A stretch of DNA of 64,000 bases from Chloroflexota bacterium (GTDB lineage Bacteria > Chloroflexota > Dehalococcoidia > Bin125), in contig JAPPBN010000045.1 of assembly GCA_026705025.1 (NCBI GenBank), forward strand, positions 162,166-226,165, written 5' to 3'. The translations under genes were made by a program, and so were the position numbers. Below, piece by piece: positions 63,377-64,000 of this stretch (positions are counted from its first letter, which is position 1; every line of letters starts with the position of its first letter). The notes beneath the pieces are model-generated. The model worked only from the letters and a program-made list of their open reading frames with translations. It searched no databases and was not told where the DNA came from.

Positions 63377-63494
63377 GCTCGTGCCAGTCTACGAGGCGTG
63401 TGCGATTTGCTTGACTGCCTGTACATGCCCTCATAGCGTCAGTTGATAGGCTCTCTGACGACCGGCGAAACACGCTTGAGATGGATGGATTGCG

Positions 63495-64000
63495 ATGTCT
63501 GATGCTGCCGAAATCGTGCTGCAAACGAAGAGTCGGTCGGTGCTGGGCAAACGAGTCAAGCAACTGCGCCGTGACGGCCTCGTCCCTGGGAACCTCTACG
63601 GTCGTGGCCGCGACTCCCGCGCCATCCAGGCCGATCTGACCGAGATTGAACGGGTCTTCGGCACGGTCGACCGTAACGCTGTAGTAGATATGTCCATTGA
63701 TGGCGCCAGCGCGACGATTCCGGTCGTCTTGCGCGAAATCCAGCGGCACCCGGTCAGCCGCAGCCTGTTGCACCTGGACTTCTACGAAGTGGATCTCACG
63801 CGTGCGATTCACTCCGAAGCTCGTCTGGTCCTGATTGGCGACTCGGAGGCCGTGGCGATGGGCGGTACGGTCGTGCAATCGCTCGACACGATCACGCTTG
63901 AGGCGTTGCCGACAGAGATGCCATCCGTGCTCGAGGTCGACATTTCGGTGCTCACCGAGTTCGGACATTCCGTCCTCGTTCGCGACATGACCTTGCCCGA
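63495..64000 (+). CDS. rplY: 50S ribosomal protein L25 / general stress protein Ctc (3' end beyond the window)
   Basis: MSDAAEIVLQTKSRSVLGKRVKQLRRDGLVPGNLYGRGRDSRAIQADLTEIERVF… matches the L25/Ctc N-terminal domain. Reading frame stays open to the window end, which is why it is absent from the ORF track. The antisense ORF 63357..63968 is rejected. Confidence 0.85.
   Translation, partial: MSDAAEIVLQTKSRSVLGKRVKQLRRDGLVPGNLYGRGRDSRAIQADLTEIERVFGTVDRNAVVDMSIDGASATIPVVLREIQRHPVSRSLLHLDFYEVDLTRAIHSEARLVLIGDSEAVAMGGTVVQSLDTITLEALPTEMPSVLEVDISVLTEFGHSVLVRDMTLP

Overview
High-GC (about 67%) chromosomal window from a bacterium with strong AGGAGG-type Shine-Dalgarno sites and frequent GTG/TTG starts. 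Gene content (F420/LLM oxidoreductases, DinB_2 proteins, EthD, SCP-x thiolase + DUF35 pairs, family III CoA-transferases) suggests an Actinobacteria- or Chloroflexi-like organism; I cannot name the species. The window is almost entirely coding and looks like core genome plus catabolic modules; there is no obvious mobile island. Main contents: (i) catabolic genes for CoA-thioester metabolism, including two SCP-x-type thiolase + DUF35 gene pairs, four family III CoA-transferase genes (one a tandem-fused double domain), two acyl-CoA dehydrogenase-fold flavoproteins, a fumarate-lyase superfamily lyase and a 2-hydroxyacid dehydrogenase; (ii) NAD salvage (pncA-pncB) beside a Cys-Gly-Leu-Trp tRNA cluster, with a tRNA-Arg further on; (iii) a ferredoxin-type sulfite/nitrite reductase; (iv) central metabolism: pccB-like carboxyltransferase, aconitase, malate dehydrogenase and fumarase C on one strand, with PEP carboxylase nearby; (v) housekeeping: UvrD/PcrA helicase, MazG, exonuclease III, two TrmH/SpoU methyltransferases, HU, and ribosomal protein L25 running off the window end; (vi) hydantoinase A/B pair, M28 peptidase + LysM lipoprotein, S9 peptidase + amidase. 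Items worth a second look: a membrane-anchored protein made of four tandem single-Cache (sCache_2-like) domains with no output domain, preceded by an FmdB zinc-ribbon gene; a 640-bp non-coding region with 10-bp-phased degenerate direct repeats; clusters of GC-rich palindromic hairpins in two intergenic regions; a recurring LLM-oxidoreductase/DinB gene pair; a single-chain double CaiB/BaiF CoA-transferase; and a few small candidate ORFs absent from obvious annotation. No CRISPR array, integrase, transposase or toxin-antitoxin pair was recognised. Coordinates of manually located features (tRNAs, repeats, refined starts) may be off by a nucleotide or two.
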